Positions 48,601-61,400 of a stretch of DNA of 64,000 nucleotides are shown here, piece by piece. A program made the translations under genes and the position numbers. Origin of the DNA: Callorhinchus milii (lineage: Eukaryota); the NCBI RefSeq assembly GCF_018977255.1, contig NW_024704743.1, positions 5,458,001-5,522,000 on the forward strand, read 5' to 3'. Every line of letters begins with the position of its first letter. Position 1 is the first letter of the stretch. The notes under the pieces are model-generated. The model saw nothing but the letters and a program-made list of their open reading frames with translations, had not been told where the DNA came from and did no database searches.

Positions 48601-50824
48601 CAATGACCCACAAACAGCCATGAAATGAATGACCGATTTTATCTGGGAGATAGGAAAGTTTTGGAGGGTCTATAGGGAGTTTGGGAGGAACTCTTCATGC
48701 AGAGAGTGGTGAGAATATGGAAATCACTGCTGGAAGCTGTTGTTCAAGCAAAAAACACCACCGTGTTTAAGAGAAAACCGGATGCTTAGATGAGGGAGAT
48801 GGGAAAAGAGGAGAGGGAGAATAGGAGGGGGAGAATAGGAGGGGTGTGGCCAATGTGGAGTATAAACCCCAGCAGGCGACTAGTTGGGCTGGATGGCCTG
48901 TTTGCAAGCCATATTACTTTGTATAACTCCATGTAATTCTATATTTGATATCCAAAACACAGTTTTCTTGCTTTATGAAACTCAACGCATTCCTTGTAAA
49001 GCTGTCATACTCTCACCACGTTGTTATTCAGATTGTTAAGTGGCTTTACATGATTACCAGTCTTTATTGAGTAGGATGCAGCTATGCTTTCTTTGGGGCG
49101 CTGATTTATAGTTACTTCAGACTGAATGGTTTCACATTTTCCTTAAATACTGTTTTGTGGTTACAGGGCAAGCGTCTTTGGTGCAGTTCTGATGGTGGGA
49201 ACTGAGTTTCCATTATTCCAGTGGTTACCACCATGAAATGTGCTGTTATAAACCAGGTTCATACAGATACCATACCGGTTGAAGTCAGATTCCAACTGAA
49301 TTAGATCACCGGCATCTTCATGCACAAGTTGCATGTGCTCTGGTCAGACTATACTGAGAATACCTGTATAAAAATAATAATTCTTGCCTTTGATATAGTG
49401 CATTTCACTTCAGGAAGATCTCTCAAAACGCACCATAAGATTTACTGTAATGTGTTGTGACTGTGACTTTGTATGTGAATGCAGCACCCAGTTGCACAAA
49501 CAGCCAGAAAGTGAATGATAATAATGATCCTTACATTTTGGTATAGCCATCTTGCACTTCAGGAGATGTCTGAAAGCACTTCACAGAATATACTATATAG
49601 TGCAGCAACTGTGAATTGAATCCAGGTCTCTCGCTTGCGAGGCGAGTGCTCTGATCACCGAGGACTCCACAAACACTAGAAGATAATCCCTTCTCATTTT
49701 GAATAGTGCCATGGGATCACCATAAAAAATTTTTTTTGATCAGCTGGGTGACTGACACATGTGGAAACCCATCACCATGCTTAAAAGTATCCAAACTGAG
49801 AGCCAAAGGGGACCCAGAATGTGCGTTGGGGTAAATGCTGGAGTCTTAACTACCTAAAACCACGTAGCTTGCCATTGATATTACTGTCCAGCAAGCATTC
49901 CCACTGCTTATCCAACGAGGCCCACCCAACCTGTTAGGGCTTTGGCTTAGTAGTAGGAGATGAGTAGTATGACTTTTTGATCCAAGTAATTGGTCTGCCC
50001 CTCCAGGTCTTGCCGATGAGCCAGACAGCTTGTGCTGTCATCAGCAGTGCCCTGGAATACTGTGGACCCGCCCGGCCCAATTCTAACATTCCATGCCAGG
50101 CATGTCACCTTGGAGCCAGTTCAGCTCCAAGGAGACCCTGCTTACCTATATAGGAGGATAAAAACATATATAAGATGCTAAATAGGATAGAGAAGTAACT
50201 AATACTTTCCACTATGCCAAGGCTGCAGCACAAGAGGAACAAATACATTATTATGAGGGGCAGACACTAGGGAGTATTTCTTTACATAGAGGATAAAGTC
50301 TGGAACAGCTTTCCAGCAAGGGTAGTTGATTTCAAGACACATGACATTTGAGAAACAGCTTGATGTTCATAATGGGAAAGCGTAAGGGTGTGTATTCTGG
50401 AAAGATTAGATCAAATGGATCTCAAGAGCCTCCTTCATCCAAACCTAAGCACATAGTTCCAGACCATGGAATATGTAAGTCCGCAAGAAGCAGCCTTGAA
50501 AATCTCTGTTGTGCTAGATAACCAGCAAGTTTCAGGGCATCTTTCACTGATGATGATCCAGCAACGTTCAATGCGTATCCTCAGGAACAACTCATACAAC
50601 AAGGCTTCCCATGAAAAGTGTCTGATAGGGACAAACTTTGACACAGACCCAATGCAGGTATGTATTTTAGCTCCAACGATAAACTGTGTTCAGGGCCTTC
50701 ATATACACAGCAATAAAGGTAAATGGTGCACCTCACTGCCATATGTATCTGGTGGTGTGTAGGAAAGGAGTCACACCTTTTTCTTACTGCTGCCTAAGGC
50801 CCTTCTAAGAACATAGGAACATAA

Positions 50825-51137
50825 TGGAGTCCTGTAGCTCAGTGGTTAGAGCACTCGCTTTGCAAGTGAGAGACCTGAGTTCAATTCCAGACAGGGCGAA
50901 ACCTTGGGCATGTTTCCTTATTCCACACGCCTAATAATAATCCCTCCAAAACAAAAAACAAAACAATAATAAATTGGTCATTTTCAATCCACGACTGTTT
51001 GTGGGACATTGCTGTGCGCAATTGGCTGCGGCACTCGCCCACAAATATACAGTCAATTCACTTTACAGTGTGTTCTGTGAAGCACTTTGGGACGTCCTCC
51101 CGACGTGAAAAGCGCTATATCAAATGCAAGGATTATA
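50825..51137 (+). mobile_element. Young Deu-domain SINE, full length
   Basis: Same sequence as 21817-22136. A 5'-truncated copy lies at about 57640-57925(+). Confidence 0.9.
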
Positions 51138-51314
51138 GGATTATAGGAATTGCTAGACAAGAAAAGACCAAGGTCCATCTAGGCCGCCATGTATTATCCT
51201 GATCATTGCATGCTGCAATAATGGAGATGTTGATAGCAATTAATTCTGTATGGATTAGTCTAGCGTCACAGTGGAAAGCTTTGGGAACCTTAGATCCAAA
51301 GTTGCCTACTTCTT

Positions 51315-52530
51315 CAAACAACAACAACAACAAGATTACATTTGTATAGTGTATTTCACACCGAGCTGGGGTCAGGGGGGAGAGGGGAGGGGAAGGGGGG
51401 TGACCAATGGCATGGTCGAAGAGGAGGGTTTTGAGGCGGGACTTGAAGGAGGTTAAGGAGGGGATGAGGTGGAGTGATTCGGGGATGAAATTCCAGAGGT
51501 TGGGGGTAGAGTGGCTGAAGCTTCTCCCACCAATGGTGGGGCGGGTGGGTCGGGGGACATGGAGTAGGCCGGAGCCGGCAGAGCGGAGGGAGCGGGCGGG
51601 TTGGTAGGGGGTTAGGAGGTCACAGAGATAGGGTGGGGCGAGGCCATGGAGGGCTTTGTAGGTGAGGACCAGGATTTTGAATTGGATCCTCTGAAGAATA
51701 GAGAGTCAATGGAGTTGGGCGAGAATGGGGGAGATGGGGTCATGGAGTTTGGTGCGGGAGAGGACACGGGCTGCAGAGTTCTGGATTATCTGCAGCCTGT
51801 GGAGGGAGGAGTTGGGAAGGCCGACAAGCAGAGCGTTTGCATAGTCGAGCTTGGAGGTGATGAAGGCATGAACAAGAGTTTCAGTGGCCTGAGGGGTGAG
51901 GTAGTGGCAGAGTCGGGCGATGTTACGGAGGTGAAGGAAGCAGAGCGGGTCATGGTTTGGATGTGGGGAAGAAAAGACAGTTGAGGGTCGAACAAGACAC
52001 CTCGGTTCCTGACTGGCTGGTGAGTTGTAGTGTGCAACCATGGAGGTTGATGTTGCCAGAGCCTGAGGTGCAGAGGCGCTGGCGCGAGCCAATCAGGAGG
52101 GCCTCAGTCTTGTTCACATTCAACTGTAGGAAGGTTGCACTCATCCAGGACTTGATGTCCGACAGCCAGTCTGTCAGGACAGCAGTGGTCCTGGAGTTGA
52201 GGGTGGAGGCAGAAAGAGAGAGTTGGATGTCATCTGCATACATATGGAAGTTGACCTCATGTCTCCGGATGATGTCACCAAGAGGGAGCATGTAGATATT
52301 AAAGAGGAGAGGGCCAAGGACAGAGCCCTGAGGGATGCCAGATGTGACAGTGGAGGGGCCAAAGGAGAAACCGTTAGAGACAACAAAGTGGAGACAGTGA
52401 GAAAGATAGGAATCGAACCAGGCAAGGGCAGGTCCGCGAAGATTAAGTAAGGAGGAGAGGTAGTGTATGAAGATGGAGTGGTCAACAGTATCGAAGGAGG
52501 CAGAGAGGTCGAGGAGGACACATACTACAC
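51315..52530 (-). mobile_element. L2 LINE 3' portion (RT to tail)
   Basis: ORF 51950-52558 has LLDLSASFDTVDH, GIPQGSVLGPLLFNIYM, MYADDIQL, LQLNVNKTE. Downstream ETLVHAFITSKLDYANALL; (CAA)n tail at about 51317. Confidence 0.92.
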
Positions 52531-53760
52531 TTGTCATCTCATTCTTCAGGGATGACAAGGGTCCTGCAGTGCAGAGTAAACCCAGAGTTTGGATAAAACC
52601 TGGATAAAAATGTGTTGCTCTTGGTTTTTTAGATTCCTGCGCTTGTGCTTGATGTATTCAGGGACAGTATCCTGGCTCCAGAAGTCTCAGACCGCTTCAG
52701 AACTGATTCTAGTTCAACTGGTTGTGAAAGTTACCCTGGTGTATGCATGAGGCACAAATGTGTTGTTGGCGCTTTTTCAACTTGCAAAGAACAGTCAGTG
52801 ATTGTTCCAGGAAACTTCTTACAGCTGAGTCAGCAGGACAGGTTCTTTAGCACACTGAGATGCTAATCATGCAAGTTGTTGTTGTTGTTGTTGATGTAGA
52901 TGTGTAAGAGAATATTACAGGTAGTTTATTTGAAACGTGCACTCGGTTGTTTCTTTTCATTCGGTCTGTTCACTCCTCCCTTCCCCCCATCTCCAAGTCC
53001 TCCGCTGCAGCAGAATTACCTAATAGTAATCCTTGCATTTGATATAGCACCTGATCACGTTGTCGAGCTGTCTTAAAGCACTTCACAAGATGTAAAATCT
53101 GGTCATTATGTACTTGTTAAGAAAAGTGCAGCGGACAATTTGCACACAGCAATATCCCACAAGGATAGGACATTGACAGGAGTGATGTTGTCCTGACACT
53201 TTCAAGCAATAAGCTGCTCAGTCCTGATAATTACGTACTTCGGGACAGGAATACTGTTGCCAGATAGAATTATGTCATGAAACAGATCCACTTGAGTCTT
53301 GGCTGGCATTAGTGGACCATATGTGCATTCTTTCCTGCCAATGTTTCTACTATCTTGAAAACATTTTCTGAATCACTGGATCTGGGGTTAGTATAGTTTT
53401 ACCTCTTTCCCTTCCTCTCTCTTTTCCCTGTAAGTCCCCTGCCCCCTCTCCCCCCTCTGTGCTGTCTCCTCTAGCCCCTGCTGTCTCTAGGCATGCGGGC
53501 TGACTCTACCCTGCTTTGCCTCCAGTCTCGTCGTGCGCATTTTGGCTGCCGCCCCCAACCTGAGCTGCATTCCCCCAAAATGCCTCCATCCCTCTCCCCT
53601 ACCCCGCGACAATCCTGCTCTGTCCTCCTCTCCCTCCGTCCTCCTCACCTCCTATCCCCACTTGACCATTCTCACAGCCTACCTCTGTTCCAATCTGGGA
53701 ATCCTCTGTCGAGCTCACTGTGGCAAGTGACTATTCTCCTGGGGGGTGGAGGGGGTAGGG

Positions 53761-54560
53761 TAGGTAAGCAGGGAGCTGAGCCGGAAGTTCAATGAGTGGT
53801 GGGATCAGTTACTAAGCACCCCAATTAATTTTGTTTGGTCAGCCTGATGTCTTACACATGAGGAAATCCATCACCGTGCTTAAGACTATCCAAACCAAAC
53901 TAGGAATTTCATGCATCCCACCTACACTTGCAAATTCCAGATATTTTTATTGGAATAAAATGCACACTCTCTCCCTGGAGGGACGCATCCTGCTTACCTA
54001 ATTCCGCAAAATACTAGGAGTAGGTTGGCAACAGCCAAGGCTTGGGGACCCCAAAGTGTGCATTGGGGTAACTGCTGGAGATTAACCAATTTAGTAGGAG
54101 GTTGGGAGTGGGGGGGGGAAGGGCCTCCAGTGCAGCCAGGTTTCAAGGATATGTTAAACATCTTAATGTTGCTAATTTTAATGAATATATTAGTTGGCAT
54201 GGCAGGTGTTAACAATTTTGAACCTCTGCAGTCTAAATTCAATTCTGCATTCCAAAATCCTGCCTCGATATTGATTGCTCTGTTTTGTTGTGGTTTAACT
54301 GCGGACTTTATGATACGGGCCTGCCCTCTAGCGGCTGGCTTCTATACCAATTTCTCAGGTCGGAAGGTATTCTCTGCTGCTCAATGTCTCCCAGTATCAA
54401 GATCAAGCTTGAGTCTCATCTGACAGGATTGGATTAGCCTAGCCCCAGATAACCCTTTAGAGCTTTGGCTTGGAGGGTAAACTGAAACTGAGTGGGATGA
54501 TGCCCTGCCCCCAGTGACTGGTCTGCCCTTCCGAGTCCTGCCGATGAGCTGCGCCAATAG
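53761..54560. mobile_element. Unclassified interspersed repeat (other pieces at 49735-50148, 56915-57110 and 61530-61680 on -)
   Basis: Shared blocks cctgcttacctaattc..tatta.g...gttggcaa.agccaagg..tggggacccc, ttagggctttggctt and tggtctgccc.tcc...tc.tgccgatgagc. Confidence 0.6.
54321..54335 (-). promoter_or_regulatory. CTCF core motif
   Basis: Minus strand GCCGCTAGAGGGCAG vs consensus CCASYAGRKGGCRS. Confidence 0.5.
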
Positions 54561-56015
54561 GAAATCACAGCCGCACTTTTTCCGCAGAATCCTCTGCAAA
54601 CCTGTACAAACACAGTATGCCGGGTTCCAGGCCCCTGAGCGCTATTTGCTCGCTGCTGCTACTGTGGGTGTAGCGGCTCCGGTCGCATGTGCCCAGCACG
54701 GGGAGTGTTGGGATCCTGGAAGTGGCGTGAGCGGGAAATTGGCTTTGCCTGCTAGCTAGTGATCTGTGATAGAAATACCAGCTGCGGGACACTACTGTGG
54801 TCTAGTTGTTCGACACCCGGCCTAAAGTGTGCTTCTGCGACAAATTTTTGGTAAGTGGCTGTACTATTCAAATTAACATTTTTAGTATTTTAAACGTAAC
54901 TAGGGTGGTGGCAGACTGGCTGAAGGCCCGGGTCGAAGCAGGGGATGTGAAGCAGGTCAGAGCCCATTGAGTGGAGGGAACGGGCAGGTTGGTAAGGAGG
55001 TTTCCGTGCCTTCAGCTCCCCTCTCGACTCTCTTCCCCCTCCTCGCTCCCTCCCTTCCCTCCCCTCACCCTGACCATTTCCCCCCTCCTCGCTCCCTCCC
55101 TTCCTCCCTCACCCTGACCATTTCCCCCCTGCTCGGGTCATGACCCAACTGTGCAGCGCCTTGGGACGTCCTCCTGACGTGAAAGGCGCTTTATAAATGG
55201 AATCTTGTTGTTGTTGTTGTTTCAGAGGTAGTGGGGAGCAAGGCCATGGAGGGCTTTGAAAGTGAGGACCAGGATCCTGAGTTGTATCCTTTGTGTGATG
55301 GGAAGCCAGTCGGGCGAGGATGGGAGTAATAAAGTTGCAGAGCCTGGTGAGGGAGAGCATCTATGGTCAGCTCATCTATGGTCTCTCTCTCTCTTTCTTT
55401 ATTTCTTCAGAAGACAAAACCTCAAACATACGTCTAAAATCACCAATATTTCAAATCAACTTATTAGCCGAGTTTCTGATGTTTCAATATTAAAATATCA
55501 GAACACAACCACCTCTCTATTTAGATTTGATTTGAGTGGCCCGTTTCTAATACAACTCTTGATGAGGTGACGAGCTATGTGACTCTTCACTGATGCTCCT
55601 TTACTAGCAGATATTGTTATGGGTGCTAAAACCCCTGCAATTACACTGTCAATTCAATTGTCTGTAGGTCTTCTACAAATAGACTGAGCTATCAAGCAGA
55701 ATGATAATATTTTAGGAACATATAAAACATAATAACAATGCTTCCAAATCTTGCCTAGAAATCCACAATTACTACGCTTTACAGCAATTATTTGTGAATC
55801 ACTAAGGTGTACCAATTACTATTGCAATATAAATGCAATAGCCTTATCTTACCTTTGAAACATCTCAAATATATTATAGTCTCAAAAAAATTGGTATTTT
55901 TCCTGTGCAATGACACCTTAAAAACTGGGTATCTGTGACTAAGAAACACAAAGCCATCTTAAGGTAAAATTCTGCAACTACAGCGAAGAAACACAAACAA
56001 ATGCACCTGTAAAAG

Positions 56016-56094
56016 TAGTGCCATCTCGCGGCAGAATGGGATAACTGCACTAAGATACCCTGCACCACCTTCTGGAAAAGTGAAGCACTTGCAC
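56016..56094 (-). promoter_or_regulatory. Two tandem CTCF motifs with upstream (U/M2) modules
   Basis: Minus strand TGCAG-N13-CCGCGAGATGGCACTA and TGCAA-N13-CCAGAAGGTGGTGCAG, 44 bp apart. Confidence 0.55.
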
Positions 56095-57998
56095 AGAACA
56101 AAAAATGTGTCTTTGAGACGTCTCGACGACGTGATAAGGCGCTATATCAAATGCAATTATGTTGAGCTCCAGAAGATTTGTTACAACAATTTAGCAGAAT
56201 GCTCCCATAAGCATCGCTCCTTGACTTATAGCTACAATACCTACTGTTCTAGTGGTGAGTATTTTGCACTTTCTCTACTGCGGCATAGGTTCAATTCCTG
56301 GTCAGGGGATTTGTTTGAAATTAAAACCTATAGGAGCTTTTGTACCGGCCTAGCTCATAGTCTAGGCCATGGTAGTCCAATTGGCTCCCCACGTTTCCTG
56401 TGGCTCACCCAGACAACCCGTGTATGTTATGTTATGCTTCTGGAAGGGAAACATTAACATATTGCTTATGCAGCCCGTGGACATTTCTCAAATAGGGCAT
56501 CCGGCCCTCGACAGCCAAAAGGTTGGAGCCAGCTGGTCTAGGCTGAGACCCCAGTGCAATGCTGGGGTGCACCGTATTTTTTGAGTTACCGTCCTTCAGA
56601 TGAAGTGTTAAATTTCGGGCCCACCTGCCTGTTCAGGTGTTAAAGATCCAATGACACTGTTCAGTAAAGAGCTTTGAGAAGAATCAATGATGTTATAAGG
56701 CGTTGTAACAAATGCAAAGATTATTATTATTCTTGTCAAGTAATCTTACTAACATTCAGTCGTTCGAGTTACCCAAGACTGCATCCGATGCTATTTCAGA
56801 AGAGAAAATGAGAAAAATGGAACTGAAAATATGGATGATAATAATCATATTTCCTGAACGATCTTCTCTCAGTACTCAGATAAGGCATTTGCTCTCTAGT
56901 GCTTTCATTCTCAGCACTCTATCTCTGCTTACCTAATTCCGGGAAGTATTAGGTGCAGGTTGGAAAGAGCCAAGGCCTGTGTGCGTTGGGATACTGGTGG
57001 AGTCTAACCAGCTAAACTCACATAGCTTAGCGTTGATATTGCTGTCTGACCACCCTACCCGTTAGGGCTTTGGCTTGCAGGGTTAACAGGAACTGAGAGG
57101 GATGACTGTGCTCAGTGCGAATAAGACACCATAGGGATTGTGATCATTTTACTCTATTGAATGTAACGGACACCAAGTCTATTTGAATGTTTACAATAGA
57201 AGCAATTAGTCAATATTCAGAATGTATGTGACACCTTTTTATGTGCATTAGGCAACAACACTGGATTAATGTGAAGTAACAAAAGTCAGAAGGAATTCAA
57301 ATACAGTGAAAGGCAGTCCAAAAGTTGCAGTTGTTTCTCATCTGAAGCGGGTTTCAGCGTGTTCAAAGCATCAGGGAGATTCCATAACAAATCGATCTCC
57401 GAGTCAGATTTCTGTTGTGTGTAAACTAATAAGGGTAGTCATCTGTGAGGATGCTTAAAAAGCCAGGTGGGGGTTACACTGCTAATTACACAATTTAATC
57501 AACCCAGTCAGCGTTCGGAACTCTTTCAATGTTAATACAAATTGGCAGCAACAACAACGTTCAATTATTGACAGGTACTTCAGTCGCAAGCTTGTGTTTC
57601 ATATGTGCCAGCAACAAATGGGTTGGTAACCTGGCATTTTATGTGGAGAGACCTGAGTTCAATTCCAGGCAGGGCGAAACCTTGGGCAAGTTTCCTTCCT
57701 CCACACGCCTAATAATAATCCCTCCAAAAAAACAAAAACAATAATTAAATTGGTCATTTTCAATCCATGACTGTTTGTGGGACATTGCTGTGCGCAATTG
57801 GCTGCCGCGTTCGCCCACAAATATACAGTCAACTCACTTTACAGTATATTCTGTGAAGCGCTTTGGAACGTCCTCCCGACGTGAAAAGCGCTATATCAAA
57901 TGCAAGGATTATTATTACTATTATAATTACATAGAGTGTTATAGTGCAGAAATGGGCCATTCGACCCAACTGGTGCTTGATGGGGTTTATATTCGACA

Positions 57999-58460
57999 TG
58001 TAGGGGTTACTTAAATTTGTGACCCTACAGTGAAGTAAGAGCCAAAACAAATTCTTCAATCAATTGATATTTATTGATACAAATTAATAAGGTTACAATC
58101 AGTTAATCAATCAAGTAATGCGTACATATATTTAGCACAATTCACAGCAAGTAAAGTTGGCAGGAGCAATATTGTGGAAGAGGTGGAGGAAGAACCAACT
58201 GACAAAGGTATCTTTTGAGTCAGATAGTCTCCTCTTGTCACTGATATCCATAGTTGTCAACAGCCCCCTCGCCTTTATCAAAGTTCCATCAGTTTGTTTC
58301 AAACAAGTCTGAGTACCATAGATTTAGCGTTAACAACGATGATGTCGAAACTTTGTTTTGTAAACATGCTTCCCAACTCTTTTTCCATTTATTTGGCCTT
58401 CATACATAAGTTAAGTTTTTGGTCAACTTAAGACAACTCAGAATTCTGGGATTGCTTACA
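57999..58460 (-). mobile_element. Solo LTR (462 bp) inserted in a CR1 3' tail
   Basis: Termini TGTA...TACA, perfect 4-bp TSD gaca (57995-57998 / 58461-58464). Minus-strand AATAAA near 58070. Confidence 0.75.
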
Positions 58461-61400
58461 GACACAAGCCTCCATTCCTCCCAAACCCCTCTGTTCCCTT
58501 CTACCTCATGGTTTCATCAAGCCTCCTATTAAATACATTGATACTTTTTGCTTAAACCATAGATTTTAGCAGGGAGTGCCACATTCTTTTCACCCTCTGC
58601 ATAAAGAAGTTCTTTCTTTTAGATCAGCTAATTAATTTCTTATATTTACACCCTATTTGTTTTGAACTCATAAGCAAAGTTCATGATTTATTTGAATTGA
58701 TGCAATTTAATTTTTAATTTATTTTTACTGAATCCTGTTTAACAAATCCCTGAAATACGATCCTTGCAAAGGGCAATTTCAGGACAGTGGCCCGGAAGTA
58801 ATTTTTTTTGCTCAGCAGATAATTAACGTCTAAAATAGGTTGCCAGGAATGGTGGTTGAGGCCAGGATGCTGGATGCATTGAAAAAACAGCTTGGTTCTG
58901 TGATAGGAGGACAATAGGGTGAATGTTCTGGAAGGATGAGATCAAATGTACCAAATGGCCTTCTTCATTCACTTTAAACAACTTTTGAGACACAAATAGA
59001 TAATTATTTAGGAAAGACAAGTTTACAGAGCTATGGGGAGAGAATGGGATTGATCTTGATAGCTCTTTTCAAACACGATGGGCCTCCTTCTGTGCTGTAT
59101 AATTTTATGATTCTATGATTCATCCAACCAATTTTGTCATCTTGTGAATAATTTAACAAAGGACGTTGACTTATTGAGTTACTGGCAAGCATTATAGCGT
59201 TTTGTTGTTTGTAAATTGAAAGCCTGTTTTCTTTCAGGATCTATGTACCTGTCACAAATTGGGAGAAACCAAAGGGGAAAAAATTGTTGCAGGTAAAATT
59301 GGTATAAATTGTCCCACTGTTTGTGGGACATTGCTGTGCACAGTCACTACATTTAAGACGAAATCCTGTGAAGCGCTTTGAGACGTCTTCCCAATGTGAA
59401 AGGTGCTAAATCAAATGCAAGAATTATTATTATTAAGATAAGTTATTGTCTATAGATAACCACAGAAATCTTCATCGTCTTCAGGCTGCATCAAATGGAC
59501 AACTCTTGATGACAACAACAACAACAAATTAAATGTGTATAGCGCCTTTCACGTCGGGAGTGTGTCCCAAGGGGCTGGACAGTCAGGGATCTGGAACTGA
59601 GCTGGGTATTGGGGACAGGAGAGATGGAGGGTAGGGGTCGGAGGGTGACTGAAGGCGCGGTCAAAGAGGAGGGTCTTGAGATGGACCTTGGAGGAAGCAA
59701 GGGATGGGGCAAGGGGAAGGGACTGTGGAATTCCAAAAGGCGGGAACAAAGAGGCTGAATTTTCGACTGCCGATGCCACTACCCAGCCCCCATGAAATAG
59801 CCCGTTGGCAATCACTGTCTGGCTCACACATCATAGCTTCTTGGACTTTTACCAGAGGGATATTATCCCAGTTAGTTTCCACAAAGGAGTCAATGCCTTT
59901 GTGTGAGGCAGGGAGGAAATTGAAAGCAGAATAAAGAGAATCAAAAAAAAATGGTGGGTCTTGATTTCTTTTAACTTTAATTCCAGCCATATCTATCCAG
60001 GAGATTCCTGGTGCACTGATTTTCTACTGTCCCATATCACAGAGGTGCAGGTTTGTTCTCACAGTTCTGAGGAGTATTAGTTCTTGGTCTTATCTTCCCG
60101 ACAGGGGAAAGAAAGTTGGCCTGATTCCTCAGTGTGTCACCAACACTAGCTGTAGAGTGGCAGGGCAGCATACAAGGCTAGTGGTGCCCGGCATGGGTGT
60201 ACCCGCATTATAATACAGTTCAATATATATTCCTGATATGAGGACATCTCACAGTGCTTTATACAACTGACTGGGCACCTGATATGAAGAAGGTTGGAAG
60301 CGGAGGGCTTAAGAGGGAGTGGTGACAAGAGGAGATAATAAAACAACGTTCTATTGCAGTTTATGGATCCATATTGACAACAAGATACATTTCTGGTCCA
60401 AAGTTATTTTTATACTATGCAAGCAACTGTAAGCTGTAGATAGTAATACTAAAATGAATGGAAGCAAGAATAAGCGCACAGAGAGATATATAACTGTTAT
60501 TTCAGAGGCTAAGCATAGGCCTGGAGTTAATCTGGACGCTATAAATAAACAATAAATAAATAATCCTTGCATTTGATAGAGCGCCTTATCTCGTCTCAAA
60601 GCGTTTCACAGAATATATTGTAAAGTGCAGTGACTATACATTTTGTGGGAGAAACGCGGCAGCCAATTGCGCACAGCAGTGTCCCACAGACAGTCTTGGA
60701 TTTGATATGATGTGTTAATGAAAATTATCCCCAGGATACAGGTTTTGGATGCAATGAATTCTCACTTAATATGCATTTATTTTTAAATGCTTAATCTCAG
60801 CAGGCTTTAATGTTGAAAATTGGATGATAGTATCACTAGATGGCATCATTTAACTGTAGTCAGAGTGCTAACACACAGCTGGAATCAACTTTGTGCATTC
60901 ACTGGTTTGCTTTTCCACAAATATGTCCATTTTAAAGGTTCAGCTTGAAATCTAATACTGATTTGATAATACAGGTATTGCTCTAGATCATTTGCTTCAA
61001 TGAATAACCGTGCAGAGTGACAATCATCATTAATAAATTCTATAATAACAATAATAATAAACCTTGCATTTGTTACAGTGACTTTCACATCCGGAAGATG
61101 TTCCAAAGTACTTCAAAGGATTTACCGGAAAGTGCAGTGACTGTGTGTTGTGGGCAAACACAGCAGCCAATTTTTACAGCGGGATGACTACTTAATCTGA
61201 CAGGATTTAATGTAAAGTGTAATGACTGTGTATTTATAGGTGAGTGCAGCAGCAATGTCCCACAAATATACATGAAATAAAGGAGCAATTTTGGCCAACC
61301 TGGGGGTTTTTGGACAGGACATCAGGAGAAACTCCCTTCTCTTTTCAAGTACCATGAGATCTTAAATGTCCACCTGGACAGGCTGACAGGACCTTGATTG

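Noticed and set aside
54513..54570. Hammerhead-like ccgatgag...gaaatcac
   Set aside because: Core reads CCGAUGA in both family copies, stem II cannot be formed, and the 50013 copy lacks GAAA.
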